Source: Macrostomum lignano
Lineage: Eukaryota
DNA length: 64,000 nucleotides
Assembly (NCBI GenBank): GCA_002269645.1
Contig: NIVC01001832.1
Location: forward strand, 168,591 to 232,590
Reading direction: 5' to 3'
The translations under genes and the position numbers were made by a program. Of the stretch, positions 50,275 to 62,350 are shown in pieces. How positions within the stretch are numbered: position 1 is the stretch's first letter; every line of letters begins with the position of its first letter. The notes under the pieces are model-generated. The model saw only the letters and a list, made by a program, of their open reading frames with translations. It had not been told where the DNA came from and searched no databases.

Positions 50275-51120
50275 CATAAAAGAGCCACAATGTCAATCAT
50301 AAAAGAGACACAATGTCAATCATAAAAGAGCCACAACGTCAATCATAAGAGAGCCACAATGTCAATCATAAAAGAGCCACAATGTCAATCATAAAAGAGC
50401 CACAACGTCAATCATAAGAGAGCCACAATGTCAATCATAAAAGAGCCACAACGTCAATCATAAGAGAGCCACAATGTCAATCATAAAAGAGCCACAATGT
50501 CAATCATAAAAGAGCCACAATGTCAATCATAAAAGAGACACAATGTCAATCATAAAAGAGACACAATGTCAATCATAAAAGAGACACAATGTCAATCATA
50601 AAAGAGACACAATGTCAATCATAAAAGAGCCACAATGTCAATCATAAAAGAGACACAATGTCAATCATAAAAGAGCCACAATGTCAATCATAAAAGAGCC
50701 ACAATGTCAATCATAAAAGAGCCACAATGTCAATCATAAAAGAGCCACAATGTCAATCATAAAAGAGCCACAATGTCAATCATAAAAGAGACACAATGTC
50801 AATCATAAAAGAGACACAATGTCAATCATAAAAGAGACACAATGTCAATCATAAAAGAGCCACATTGTCAATCATAAAAGAGCCACAATGTCAATCATAA
50901 AAGAGCCACAATGTCAATCATAAAAGAGCCACAATGTCAATCATAAAAGAGACACAATGCCAATCATAAAAGAGACACAATGTCAATCATAAAAGAGCAC
51001 AATGTCAATCATAAAAGAGCCACAATGTCAATCATAAAAGAGCCACAATTTCAATCATAAAAGAGCCACAATGTCAATCATAAAAGAGCCACAATGTCAA
51101 TCATAAAAGAGACACCATTT
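50275..51120. repeat. 23-bp minisatellite (AAAGAGCCACAATGTCAATCATA) with degenerate flanking units
   Basis: Direct tandem copies. Confidence 0.92.
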
Positions 51121-51188
51121 CAAATGTAAAAGAAGCGTCATGCCAAACATAAAGGAGCCACTATAAAGCTGAGATTTGTTGCACTTTA

Positions 51189-51899
51189 CAAGGGTCGGCA
51201 ACCTCCGGCCCGCAAAGACTTTCTATGTGGCCCGCGAACTTCCTTAATCTTTATTATCATAATCCGGCCTGCACCTTCATAGGAACTTCATTATTTGGTC
51301 CACAAATTTTTGTCCCCTGAAAACTGGGAATTCCTCCCCTCAATTGGCAATTTAAATGACAAATGAGTAATGAGACACGAACTGAGTGTGAGTGGCTGTT
51401 TACAAAGTCTAGAGTCTAGACAGACAACACATCAGTTAAAACTTCGAATAGAATGGAAATAGGGGAACTGCCGGCGAAGGAAATTGGGATGGTGGAGCTG
51501 GCCAACAACGGGGGTTTCAAAGTACATTAATAGGGCTGACTGTACAGTGAAATCGGACTTTCATAGAATGCATCCAATTGTATTCACTTTTGTATATCTG
51601 GTTCTTCAGTATCGAATATTCTGGCCTGTCAGTGGCACAACCAGAAATTTGTTGAGGGGCAGATCCTGGAGGGTAAAGAACCCAAGGGGGGTGGGGCGGG
51701 CGGGGGGTGGGCGGAAGGGGCGGCTCCTGTATTGTGGAAAAAATGCGTTTGGTCCCCCTTTGATTTTCTGCAGGTCTCCACCTAAGAGGGGGGGGGGGTA
51801 ACTGTTCCCCGCGCCCCCTCGGGGTGCGCCCCTGTGGCCCGTGGTCTTGGACTGAAAACCTCATCTGGCCCTCAAGTGGAAAAAGGTTGCCGACCCCTT
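51189..51899. mobile_element. Non-autonomous hAT-like element (outer)
   Basis: Termini CAAGGGTCGGCAACCT and AGGTTGCCGACCCCTT share a 13-bp inverted core; repeated subterminal GGCCC(G/T) motifs; no TSD found. Confidence 0.6.
51630..51834. mobile_element. 205-bp hAT-type MITE nested in the outer element
   Basis: Imperfect TIRs CAGTGGCACAAC / GGTGCGCCCCTG; 8-bp TSD TGGCCTGT / TGGCCCGT (7 of 8 match). Confidence 0.65.
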
Positions 51900-51909
51900 G
51901 TTGTCTGGT

Positions 51910-52370
51910 GGATGCTTGCTATTTAAGGATAGGTGCTTGCTATCAGGGGGATGCTTGCTATCTGAGGGATGCTTGCTATTGGGGGGGATGCTTGCTATCG
52001 GAAGGATGCTTGCTATCCAGGGATGCTTGCTATCCAGGGATGCTTGCTATCGGAAGGATGCTTGCTATCCAGGGATGCTTGCTATCCAGGGATGCTTGCT
52101 ATCTGGGGATGCTTGCTATCTGAGGGATGCTTGCTATTGGGGGGGATGCTTGCTATCGGAAGGATGCTTGCTATCCAGGGATGCTTGCTATCCAGGGATG
52201 CTTGCTATCCAGGGATGCTTGCTATCTGGGGATGCTTGCTATCCAGGGATGCTTGCTATCAGGGGATGCTTGCTATCAGGGGATGCTTGCTATCTGGGGA
52301 TGCTTGCTATCTGGGGGATGCTTGCTATCTGGGGATGCTTGCTATCCAGGGATGCTTGCTTTCTGGGGAT
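51910..52370. repeat. 17-18-bp minisatellite (GATGCTTGCTATCCAGG)
   Basis: Direct tandem copies. Confidence 0.9.
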
Positions 52371-54131
52371 GCTCGAATAAGGTGACCTATAGAACTGAAG
52401 AAGGAATCGGTTCTCAAGAAAATGTGCTTTTTAATGGATTTTCATGAATAATTTTTGCTCCTTGCTTATTGGGCGCCCCGAAGGGGGCACTAGATGGCTA
52501 GTCTAGTTCTAGGAGTGAATTCTTGAATTCTTAAATTTTGCTTTTAACTTATCTTATCATGATTTAGTTTAATAAGAGAGGCTCGTTTTAATTACGAGCG
52601 TATATTTTTCAAAGCAAATAACCCACGCTTTCAGAATAGCGAAAGGGGAATTAGTTTAAACTGTATTTTTTAGTGTTGCAATCGCAAATGGTCGAAATTC
52701 TCAAAATCTTAAGCCGATGATGAGAGTGAAATTTTTTGTTGCTTTTGGTCGAAAAACAGCGACAGCCAGTGTAACAAAAATAATTCAGATAGAGAATCTT
52801 CTGATTTGCGAAAACTGGCAAACATGACAAATTCTGCGATCTGAACGCCTTAAAATAACACAGATATCAAATTTAAAACAGAATAGCAGTTATAGTTCAT
52901 AGATTAAAACAAATCATAGGCTTTCTTTAGCAGGCTTCCGTTCTAGCAAGAGAAAATAAAATAAAAATATGCTGTTTAGGAAATATAAATTAGCTATATC
53001 TAGTATTCGAATGTTTAAGTATGATAAGAATTACAAGGATGCAGCGAAATAATATCAGGGGTATTACTAGCATGTTACAAGTATTACAGATTTGTATAAT
53101 ACTTGTAACATGCTAGTAACTATAGTTGTCAGTGAAAAAACTTAATAGTTTTGTTCGAAGTTGAATATTAATTCAAGGGTTCGCTTGGAGTCCGTCTCGG
53201 AAGACAAAATAAATTATTATGGCGCATTTTTAGCTTGGCGAATATTTTAACAGAAATTTAAACACGACAGGCAAATTAACAAATAGCAAAGCACTGCAAT
53301 GCATGACCATTTGGTTAGGTTTTTTTGTTTAACTTTAGTCTTTGAATTTGAATTTTAGCTGAACTCGATAGTGCTTGCCAGCACGAGCACTTCTAGACTA
53401 AAAATGATACAAAAAAACGTCAAAAAATATATTTGCATCGAAACAGCATAAACAGATTAGTTTGAGAATCAACTCAGTTTTAGTGCTGAATTTTATTAAT
53501 TGAAAGCCTTTTTTGTATCCTGTTTTGTTATCAATAACGGATATACGGTAGGATGCGTCAGATTACATGAAATCAATAAATTGCATCTGTCAGTTCAAAA
53601 TGTCAAAATGATTCAAAATAAACCTTCTCTGTTTCATGTCGTCAAGTAATTTCTTCTCAAAATCATAAGAACTTTCACAGCACAGTACATGTAATGAATA
53701 CAGAAAAATGTATCTTGCTGTTGCTGCACCCTCAAAACCAAAATTATTTTGAGATAACAACTCTCGTGTGTGTGTTTCCGTGTGCATTGGCTCTGCATTT
53801 TGAACTGACAGACAGACAGGTGCAGTTTCTTCCTTTCATGTAATTTAATGCAGCTCAAGTTGACATTTATAGTCTGTGGTGACAAAGGGAAGAAATGATT
53901 GTTTTAGTTGTGTCTGCTGACTTAGATGCATGCACTTTTAACTTTTACTAAGAAGAAGAAACGTATTGCTTGCACTTTTATAGGTAACGAAACGTTATAT
54001 CAGGTCCAATAGTGCCAGCGACTGCGTGCATCATGGCTGAAAGAATACTTCACCGCTAGGCATCACAGTCAGAATACGGAACGGTTATTAGCTGTATTTT
54101 CATACTGGAATCTATAAATAGAAGCCGGCTG

Positions 54132-54986
54132 TCATTCGCGGTTCATCACGTCCACCAGCTGGCCCATCGCGTTGCTCACCTGGCCGGCCATGGCAAACAG
54201 GGAGCTGATGGACGACCGGCCCACCGACGTCGGGCACGAGTCGGCCAGGCTGCCGCTGCCGCCGCCGATGCCGCCGTTGCTGCGACTCAAACTGCCCGAA
54301 TAGTGCAGCGAATAATCCACGTCGCTACTTCCGGCCACGGCACGCGCCGAACCGCCAATGCCGCGACGATACGCTGACGCCGAGGAAACAACCGCTGTCG
54401 AAGCCGCCGAAGCTGCCGCCGCTGCTGGCGTTGGGGAAACCGCGGAGACGCCTCCGGCTGTGGATGCCGCCAGGGCGGCAGCGGCAGCGGCAGCGGCGGC
54501 AGCAGCTGGAGACAGCTGACTTTCGGCAACGCAGCCGGAGCTGCTGGCACGATAGGCGCCCATCGATCTCTGATGAAGGCGTTGGCTCTGCTGCTGCTGC
54601 TGCTGATGATGATGAGGCTGATGGTGATGAGGCATCTGCAGAGGCTGATGCTGCGGCGACATGGACGGACTGTTGCCGCTGCCGCCCTGAGACAGCAGAT
54701 GTCGGAGTCTGGTCAGCTGTCCTTCCAGTTGCCTGTTGTGCTCCTCCAGCACGGCCATGCGAGCCTCCAGCCGGCCTTTGTGAGCCCGCAGCAGCCGGGC
54801 CTCCGTGGCGGCGGCCGCTACGGAGACGGCGGACGCGGCGGCCGCGTTGCCTCCGTTGGGCAGGAGGGCGCCGGGCTGAGGCGTCTGTGGCGGCGGCAGC
54901 GCCATGGGCAGCGGGGAAGCTCCGATGGGCATTGCTGACGAGGTCGACGCCGACTTGTGCCGCGTTGAGTAGAAGCCGCACTCAGC
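54132..54986 (-). CDS. Dys: Dystrophin last exon (second coiled coil, C-terminus)
   Basis: ctccag|AEC...; [37 protein letters not shown]; ends [23 protein letters not shown]. Confidence 0.9.
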   Translation of the reverse strand, partial: AECGFYSTRHKSASTSSAMPIGASPLPMALPPPQTPQPGALLPNGGNAAAASAVSVAAAATEARLLRAHKGRLEARMAVLEEHNRQLEGQLTRLRHLLSQGGSGNSPSMSPQHQPLQMPHHHQPHHHQQQQQQSQRLHQRSMGAYRASSSGCVAESQLSPAAAAAAAAAAALAASTAGGVSAVSPTPAAAAASAASTAVVSSASAYRRGIGGSARAVAGSSDVDYSLHYSGSLSRSNGGIGGGSGSLADSCPTSVGRSSISSLFAMAGQVSNAMGQLVDVMNRE

Positions 54987-55568
54987 CTGGAGATAAAGAG
55001 CAAAGGTTCCTTTATAGCTGTGGCTTTCTAATCAATCCGGATCTGTTCAGCATGCAAGTCTTCAAGCCGAGAATGAATCCTTATAAAAGTTCTTCTAATC
55101 CGCATTCGTCCCAATGGCCTCTAATAAAGTTGAGGAGGGGAAGGGAAGTCGCCGTCTTTATCGGCACCCTGCAGCTCCACAGCATTCGCATCTCTATCAA
55201 CTTTACGACACTGCTGGGTCTCGGGTGGCATTGATGAGCCAGACCAGACTGCTAGACGGCCTCTCGAGAATTTTGCACTTTATCGTTATCTGCTTCTTTT
55301 TTTCAGCTGTCTGTGCCTCCGATCCCGCTCTCTTCCCTGCCAACATTCGTTCGCGTCTTCTGTCTGTTCCGGCTTAGATATCTTCTTCTCTTGCGGGGCA
55401 TTGCATAGGCCTGGTTCGGCATTAGAAAAAGCAGAGGGAAACAACTGTGCGGCATTGGGATTGGAATCGATAATTTTAGGCAAGAAGTAGAGACAGAGAG
55501 ACGGGAGCAATTGGACCGACTCAAATTGGGGTTGCGTTCGAATTCGATCTGGCCCGAGTCCACGGTAC

Positions 55569-55728
55569 CTGAAGCTGAGCCAGCTGTTGCTGCTGCATCA
55601 GAAGCTGCTGCTCCAGAAGCACCTGATTGGATCCGTCCACCTGCTGCTGCTGCTGCGGCACCGACGGACTACCTTGACGAAGCCGCAGGGTCCCAGCGTA
55701 AGAGGCAATCAGAGCGTGCTCGTCCTCG
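55569..55728 (-). CDS. Dys: Dystrophin exon (syntrophin-binding-site-like)
   Basis: ctgcag|C GAG GAC; EDEHALIASYAGTL (cf. DDEHLLIQHYCQSL); donor gtaccg. Confidence 0.78.
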
Positions 55729-55824
55729 CTGCAGTGGTTGGGAAAAAGAAAGAGTTTGGATTATTGTTAAGCTGCGGATTAGCAATGTTTAAATAGGCGA
55801 TAAGGTAAGGCGGTGGGTATTCTG

Positions 55825-56205
55825 ACAGAAACCCATCCAGAACGGGTATGGGAAGGCGGTCAGTCCTACAGAAACCCATCCAGAACGGGTATGGGAAGGC
55901 GGTCAGTCCTACAGAAACCCATGATCCAGAACGGGTATGGGAAGGCGGTCAGTCCTACAGAAACCCATGATCCAGAACGGGTATGGGAAGGCGGTCAGTC
56001 CTACAGAAACCCATCCAGAACGGGTATGGGAAGGCGGTCAGTCCTACAGAAACCCATGATCCAGAACGGGTATGGGAAGGCGGTCAGTCCTACAGAAACC
56101 CATGATCCAGAACGGGTATGGGAAGGTGGTCAGTCCTACAGAAACCCATCCAGAACGGGTATGGGAAGGTGGTCAGTCCTACAGAAACCCATCCAGAACG
56201 GGTAG
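55825..56205. repeat. 43/46-bp minisatellite in a dystrophin intron
   Basis: CAGAACGGGTATGGGAAGGCGGTCAGTCCTA units. Confidence 0.9.
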
Positions 56206-57619
56206 TCAGTCTTACAGTAACCAAAGTGAGCTAACACATTGGTGAGAGTTGTTAGAGAAGAAGCAAAAAGACATCACAAGCGATTCACGTTGATTGCTAC
56301 AGTTGATTTCAATCTAAATTACCCCAACTACTAACTCAAATGGATTGAAAATTGGCTTTTCACAGTGGGAGGGAGGCTAAATTATGGATAAGCGCTGTTC
56401 CATAAATGATTGCAGGGTGTGTTGGGAATTCTCCCAGTGACAATAACAACACAGATTCGAGGCCTTGAGGCGGCAGCCCAATCAGGAGAAAAATGGGACA
56501 AATTCTAAAGTAAATCAATGTTGGCTGATTGGGGCTAACCCTGTCTGAGTTCGTGTCCACACAGGTTTTCTGGTTAAGGAAGCCATTTAAGGGCAGAAAG
56601 TGCAACTGGTGAAAAAAGCGGTATAAATACGTTGTAACTACTAGGTTCTGCAAGTTAAGCATAGTTGAGCAAGGTTAGTACGCAGTTAAACAGACTGCTT
56701 GCGGATGAAAAATGAACTCAAGTTCGCCCTGCTTTGATAGACAGAAATTCTTCACTGTTGAAGCGACAGAAAGAGCGACTCACATTACAAAGGCCATCCG
56801 GTATCGATGTGGGCTTCAGCAACAGTTAGAATAATAAAGCCCTCAACCAGTTTTTCAGAAAAAAGTTTCTCAAAGACTCAGCAAAACGCTGTGGGTGGGG
56901 CCAGCCGGCCTTGGCAGAGGGGGGGGGGTGAAAACGGATCCAGAAAAATGATAGAAGCCGGCGGCTGGAAGGAGGCACTTGGGGTAGCGCTCATGGGGAG
57001 AAGCGAAACACAGGCAGGGGATAAATAGCCTAAGCCAACGGGGGAGCAGACGGGAGGGCACTGAGAAACGGTAGGAAACTGCATTTTGGTAGGAGGAGAG
57101 AAGCGCGTCTGGGATTGGGGATCTGGAGGATCGGGATGGAGAGAGGAAAGTAGGGGAAGGGCAGGATGCAGAATGCGCCGTGCCAACGCTGTGCCGTCTG
57201 GCGACCCACACACACACAGACACACACACACACACACTAAGCCGCTAGGTTGTAGGCCTGCTGCTCCATGTGAGGATTCAACGTTTCTCTATCCTATTTC
57301 TACCCAGCCCCAAAGCATCTGCAAGTGTTGAACAAAACTGAGTTGCCGCATACGCTGGAGAGGCCGGGGATTGCGGGCCTAAACACAAACGCGGCGCATT
57401 GTAAATCAGTTGAAAACCAAAATTGGGGGAGATAATAAAATAAAATTACTAAATGCTTATTAAACTTTGCACTGTTAAATCGTAAAAAGCTTCTAAAATT
57501 GAAACGATAAAAAGCATTCGGAAATCTACGTTATAGACTGAAAATATATATCAGGACAAGTCAATTAACAGAAAAGTTAAAGTGAGTGGTTTTCTGTACC
57601 ATGCTTGCCAACGGACAAT

Positions 57620-58130
57620 GAGCGAAGGCAGCGGAGAGGCAGATTCAGTGAGGGAAGGCAGCGTAGAGGCAGATTCAGTGAGGGAAGGCAGCGGAGAGGC
57701 AGATTCAGTGAGGGAAGGCAGCGGAGAGGCAGATTTAGTGAGGGAAGGCAGCGGAGAGGCAGATTCAGTGAGGGAAGGCAGCGGAGAGGCAGATTCAGTG
57801 AGGGAAGGCAGCGGAGAGGCAGATTCAGTGAGGGAAGGCAGCGGAGAGGCAGATTCAGTGAGGGAAGGCAGCGGAGAGGCAGATTCAGTGAGGGAAGGCA
57901 GCAGAGAGGCAGATTCAGTGAGGGAAGGCAGCGGAGAGGCAGATTCAGTGAGGGAAGGCAGCGGAGAGGCAGATTCAGTGAGGGAAGGCAGCGGAGAGGC
58001 AGATTCAGTGAGGGAAGGCAGCGGAGAGGCAGATTCAGTGAGGGAAGGCAGCGGAGAGGCAAATTCAGTGAGGGAAGGCAGCGGAGAGTCAGATTCAGTG
58101 AGGGAAGGCAGCGGAGAGGCAGATTCAGTG
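57620..58130. repeat. 30-bp minisatellite (GAGGGAAGGCAGCGGAGAGGCAGATTCAGT)
   Basis: About 17 copies; produces a spurious VREGSGEADS ORF. Confidence 0.92.
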
Positions 58131-58164
58131 AGCAGTGTCAGTGTAATGCCGAGAAGATTCTCAC

Positions 58165-58769
58165 CCCGTTCTTTCTCCAGCTGTTTTTGTGGTCGGTGGA
58201 GTCAACTGCGACGTCTCCAACGGTGGCAGCGGCAGCAGCAATGGCGGCGGTGGCGGCGGTGGCGCCGGCGGCGCGTCGGACACGGGGAGGTGGCCCATGG
58301 TTGGCCAGCCGTTGCCAGCGCCGCTACCGACAGCTCCGTCAGCTCCACCGTCGACGCCGGCCATTCTGCTGCCGCTGCTGCCGCCGCCGCTGCCGCCGCC
58401 GCTGCCGCCGCCGCTGCCGCCCGGCTTCAGGCGCAGGCGACATCGCAGGGCCCGGCTGAGGCTGCGCAGTCCGTCGCCGCTGCCCGGAGGCCTGACGTAC
58501 TCCTGCATCGGGTGCGTCAGCTTGTGGTGCCTGGTTACCCGGCCAGTGAAGAAGCACTGCTGGCAAAGGCTGAGGTTGAAGCACTTCAGGCATTTGTAGC
58601 GAAGGCCCCGCATTGGGGTGGCTTTGCATGAGGCGCAGCGGCCGGGGTGCAGGGACTGCTCCGAGCAGGCCAGGCGGTGCATGACGGGCAGCCAGACCAG
58701 GCACTGCGGCTCCAGCCGAAGCCAGGACAGGAATTGCGATAGTCGGATGCGGCCGCTGCTGTCGCTGAA
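58165..58769 (-). CDS. Dys: Dystrophin exon (end of EF-hand region + ZZ zinc finger)
   Basis: QFLSWLRLEPQCLVWLPVMHRL; CASC...YKCLKCFNLSLCQQCFFTGR...HKLTHPMQEY. Confidence 0.92.
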
Positions 58770-58799
58770 CTGGAAAAGGTAGCGATGTTCTAGTTAGAA

Positions 58800-59270
58800 A
58801 CCCAACGGCAACCCGACGACAACCCAATACCAACCCAATTCCAACCCAGTAGCAAACTAGTAGCAAACCAATGACAGCCTAGTAGCAACCCAGTGGAGAC
58901 CCAATAGCAACCCAATAGCAACCCAGTGGCAACCCAGTGGCAACCCAGTAGCAACCCAGTGGCAACCCAATAGCAACCCAATAGCAACCCAGTGGCAACC
59001 CAGTAGCAACCGAGTGGCAACCCAATAGTAACCCAATAGCAACCCAGTGGCAACCCAAAAGCAGACCTGTAGCAACCCAGTAGTAACCCAGTAGCAACCT
59101 ATTAATAGTAACAAACCAATGGCAGCCCTGTAGCAACCCAGTGGCGACCCAATAGCAACCTATTAGCAACCCAATAGCAACCCAATAGCAATCCAGTGGC
59201 AACCCAATAGCAACCCGGTGGCTACCCAATAGCAACCCAATGGCAACCCAATGGCAACCCAGTGGCAACC
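58800..59270. repeat. About 11-bp GCAACCCA(A/G)T(A/G) repeat
   Basis: Direct inspection. Confidence 0.88.
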
Positions 59271-59742
59271 TTTGCCTTAAGAGATGAGCTACTTTGATCC
59301 ATTTACCTCAGATAGCTTTTCTACTATAGCCCCCTCAGCTTAAGCAACGAGTAAACAACAATTAAAGCAATTGTCCAGCAAGAGCTTGGATTTTCTTGTG
59401 TCAAATAGCAGCCCCACACACTGCGCGTTCCGTCCCGTCACTTTTCGACTTGGCCCTTCGCCCCTCCCAGCGGCGAGTACAAGATCAATAGAAATGTGAT
59501 CAATCAGTGCGCAGGCAGGCCTGACGGGGAGAAGAGGGGGCACTCAGGAAGCAATTCAATTCGGATTGAGGATCGATTGCAGACTCAGAAACGGGATCTC
59601 GGACTAATCTGCGAGCTGGAGGCTGGAGAGAGAAAGTCGAGCACTCCCAGTCTCTCTAGGAGTCGATTAAGGATATCTCTTCATCAGCGGTGATGAAGCT
59701 AGAAAGATGCTGCGAATCAGCTTCAGCCCGACAGACGAGTGC

Positions 59743-59784
<42 letters not shown>

Positions 59785-60039
59785 TGAAATTAATTTTTAC
59801 TTCAATTCAGGCCCGCGACTGGTAAAAAGTACACAGCTCCTACTTATAGTAGTTAAAGCTGCCACAGACGAATTAGCTCGTGTTGTTGGTGTTTCCGGGA
59901 ATGGAGACTCATATTTTACTCTAGATACAGGTCGATACAGATCAAGTGTGGCAGTCCAACCCCTGATCCAGTCTCAACCCCAAATCGAATCTCTGTCCTC
60001 CCGAGTCCATATACTAAAAATTCCTATCTCACACAGTAA

Positions 60040-61380
60040 AACCAATCTCACACAGTAAATCTAATCTCACACTGTAAATCCAATCTCAAACTGTAAATCC
60101 AATCTCTCATTGCAAATCCAATCCCACACTGTAAATCTAATCTCACACTGTAAATCTAATCTCACACTGTAAATCTAATCTCACACTGTAAATCTAATCT
60201 CACACTGTAAATCTAATCTCACACTGTAAATCCGATCTCCAATTTTAAATCAAATCTCAAACATTAAAACCAATCTCACACTGTAAATCCAATCTCACAC
60301 TGTAAATCCAATCTCACACTGTAAATCCAATCTCACACTGTAAATCCAATCTCACACTGTAAATCCAATCTCACACAGTAAATCTAATCTCACACTGTAA
60401 ATCCAATCTCACACTGTAAATCCAATCTCACACTGTAAATCTAATCTCACACTGTAAATCCAATCTCACACTGTAAATCCAATCTCACACTGTAAATCCA
60501 ATCTCACACTGTAAATCCAATCTCAAACTGTAAATCTAATCTCACACTGTAAATCCAATCTCACACTGTAAATCCAATCTCACACTGTAAAACCAATCTC
60601 ACACTGTAAATCCAATCTCACACTGTAAATCCAATCTCACACTGTAAATCTAATCTCACACTGTAAATCCGATCTCCAATTTTAAATCAAATCTCAAACA
60701 TTAAATCCAATCTCACACTGTAAATCTAATCTCACACTGTAAATCCAATCTCACACTGTAAATCCAATCTCACACTGTAAATCCAATCTCACACTGTAAA
60801 TCCGATCTCATACTGTAAATCTAATCTCACACTGTAAATCCAATCTCACACTGTAAATCCAATCTCACACTGTAAATCCAATCTCACACTGTAAATCCAA
60901 TCTCACACTGTAAATCTAATCTCACAATGTAAATCTAATCTCACACTGTAAATCCGATCTCCAATTTTAAATCAAATCTCAAACATTAAATCCAATCTCA
61001 CAGAGTAAATCCAATCTCACACTGTAAATCCAATCTCACAGAGTAAATCCAATCTCACACTGTAAATCCAATCTCACAGAGTAAATCCAATCTCACACAG
61101 TAAATCTAATCTCACACTGTAAATCCAATCTCACACAGTAAATCCAATCTCCAACTGTAAATCCAATCTCACACAGTAAATCCAATCTCACACTGTAAAT
61201 CCAATCTCACACTGTAAATCCAATCTCACACAGTAAATCTAATCTCACACTGTAAATCCAATCTCACACAGTAAATCCAATCTCCAACTGTAAATCCAAT
61301 CTCACACAGTAAATCCAATCTCACACTGTAAATCCAATTTCACACTGAAAATCCAATCTCTAATCTAATCTCTAATCTCC
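60040..61380. repeat. 19-bp minisatellite (AATCCAATCTCACACTGTA)
   Basis: Direct tandem copies. Confidence 0.92.
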
Positions 61381-61532
61381 AAATTGAGTCTCATGCCCGA
61401 ATTCAATCTCACATCACACACCGCCCGAGCTCTCACTCCAGATGAATTCACACAAACAGCGACTTCAGCATCCTTTCGTCGAAGTCGAGTTCCAAAATCG
61501 GCCCAACTTTCCCAATCAAGAAGGCGCCGCAC

Positions 61533-61904
61533 CTTCTCAAAGCAGGAGCGCACCGAGGCGCCGACATCCGAGCCGCCGAACGCGGCCACCTCCCCCAGAT
61601 GGCGCGGCAGCTGCAGGCAGTCGCGCAGCAGGCGGCCCAGCCTCTCCTCAGTCGCCACCCCGTCGCCGGCGTCGCCAGCCTCGGCTGCCGCGACAAACAG
61701 GCAGCGATATTTTTCCTCCAGACCGGCCGCGCACATCAGCGTCAGGGCGGCGCGCAGGCCGGAGGCCGGCACAAAGCCGCGCCTGCCGGGGTCGAAGGCA
61801 TTCAGCAGCCAGTTGAGGCACAGGTCGATGAGGCGAGCCTCCTCGGAGCGGTCGCCGGAGCGGGGCCGGCAGCGGGCGTAGAGACCGGCGAGGCAGCTGG
61901 TCAC
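61533..61904 (-). CDS. Dys: Dystrophin exon (EF-hand region)
   Basis: LIDLCLNWLLNAFDPGRRG...EEKYRCLF...LGEVAAFGGSDVGASVRSCFEK|gtgcgg. Confidence 0.93.
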
Positions 61905-61971
61905 CTGCGAGAGAGGGGGAGGGGATCGATCGGTGATTGAGGAAATTTATCATCGGATAAAAACCCATACA

Positions 61972-62350
61972 TAGATTCCCATACCTTAGATTCCCATACC
62001 TTAGATTCCCATACCTTAGATTCCCATACCTTAGATTCCCATACCTTAGATTCCCATACCTTAGATTCCCATACCTTAGATTCCCATACCTTAGATTCCC
62101 ATACCTTAGATTCCCATACCTTAGATTCCCATACCTTAGATTCCCATACCTTAGATTCCCATACCTTAGATTCCCATACCTTAGATTCCCATACCTTAGA
62201 TTCCCACACCTTAGATTCCCACACCGAGATTCCCACACCGAGATTCCCACACCGAGATTCCCACACCGAGATTCCCACACCGAGATTCCCACACCGAGAT
62301 TCCCACACCGAGATTCCCACACCGAGATTCCCACACCGAGATTCCCACAC
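61972..62350. repeat. 15-bp (AGATTCCCATACCTT) and 14-bp (AGATTCCCACACCG) arrays filling a dystrophin intron
   Basis: Direct tandem copies. Confidence 0.92.

Noticed and set aside
47900-54100. tRNA, snRNA or spliced-leader RNA genes in the AT-rich intergenic region
   Set aside because: No cloverleaf, A/B boxes or leader-like sequence seen by eye; an Infernal/tRNAscan search would be needed to exclude them
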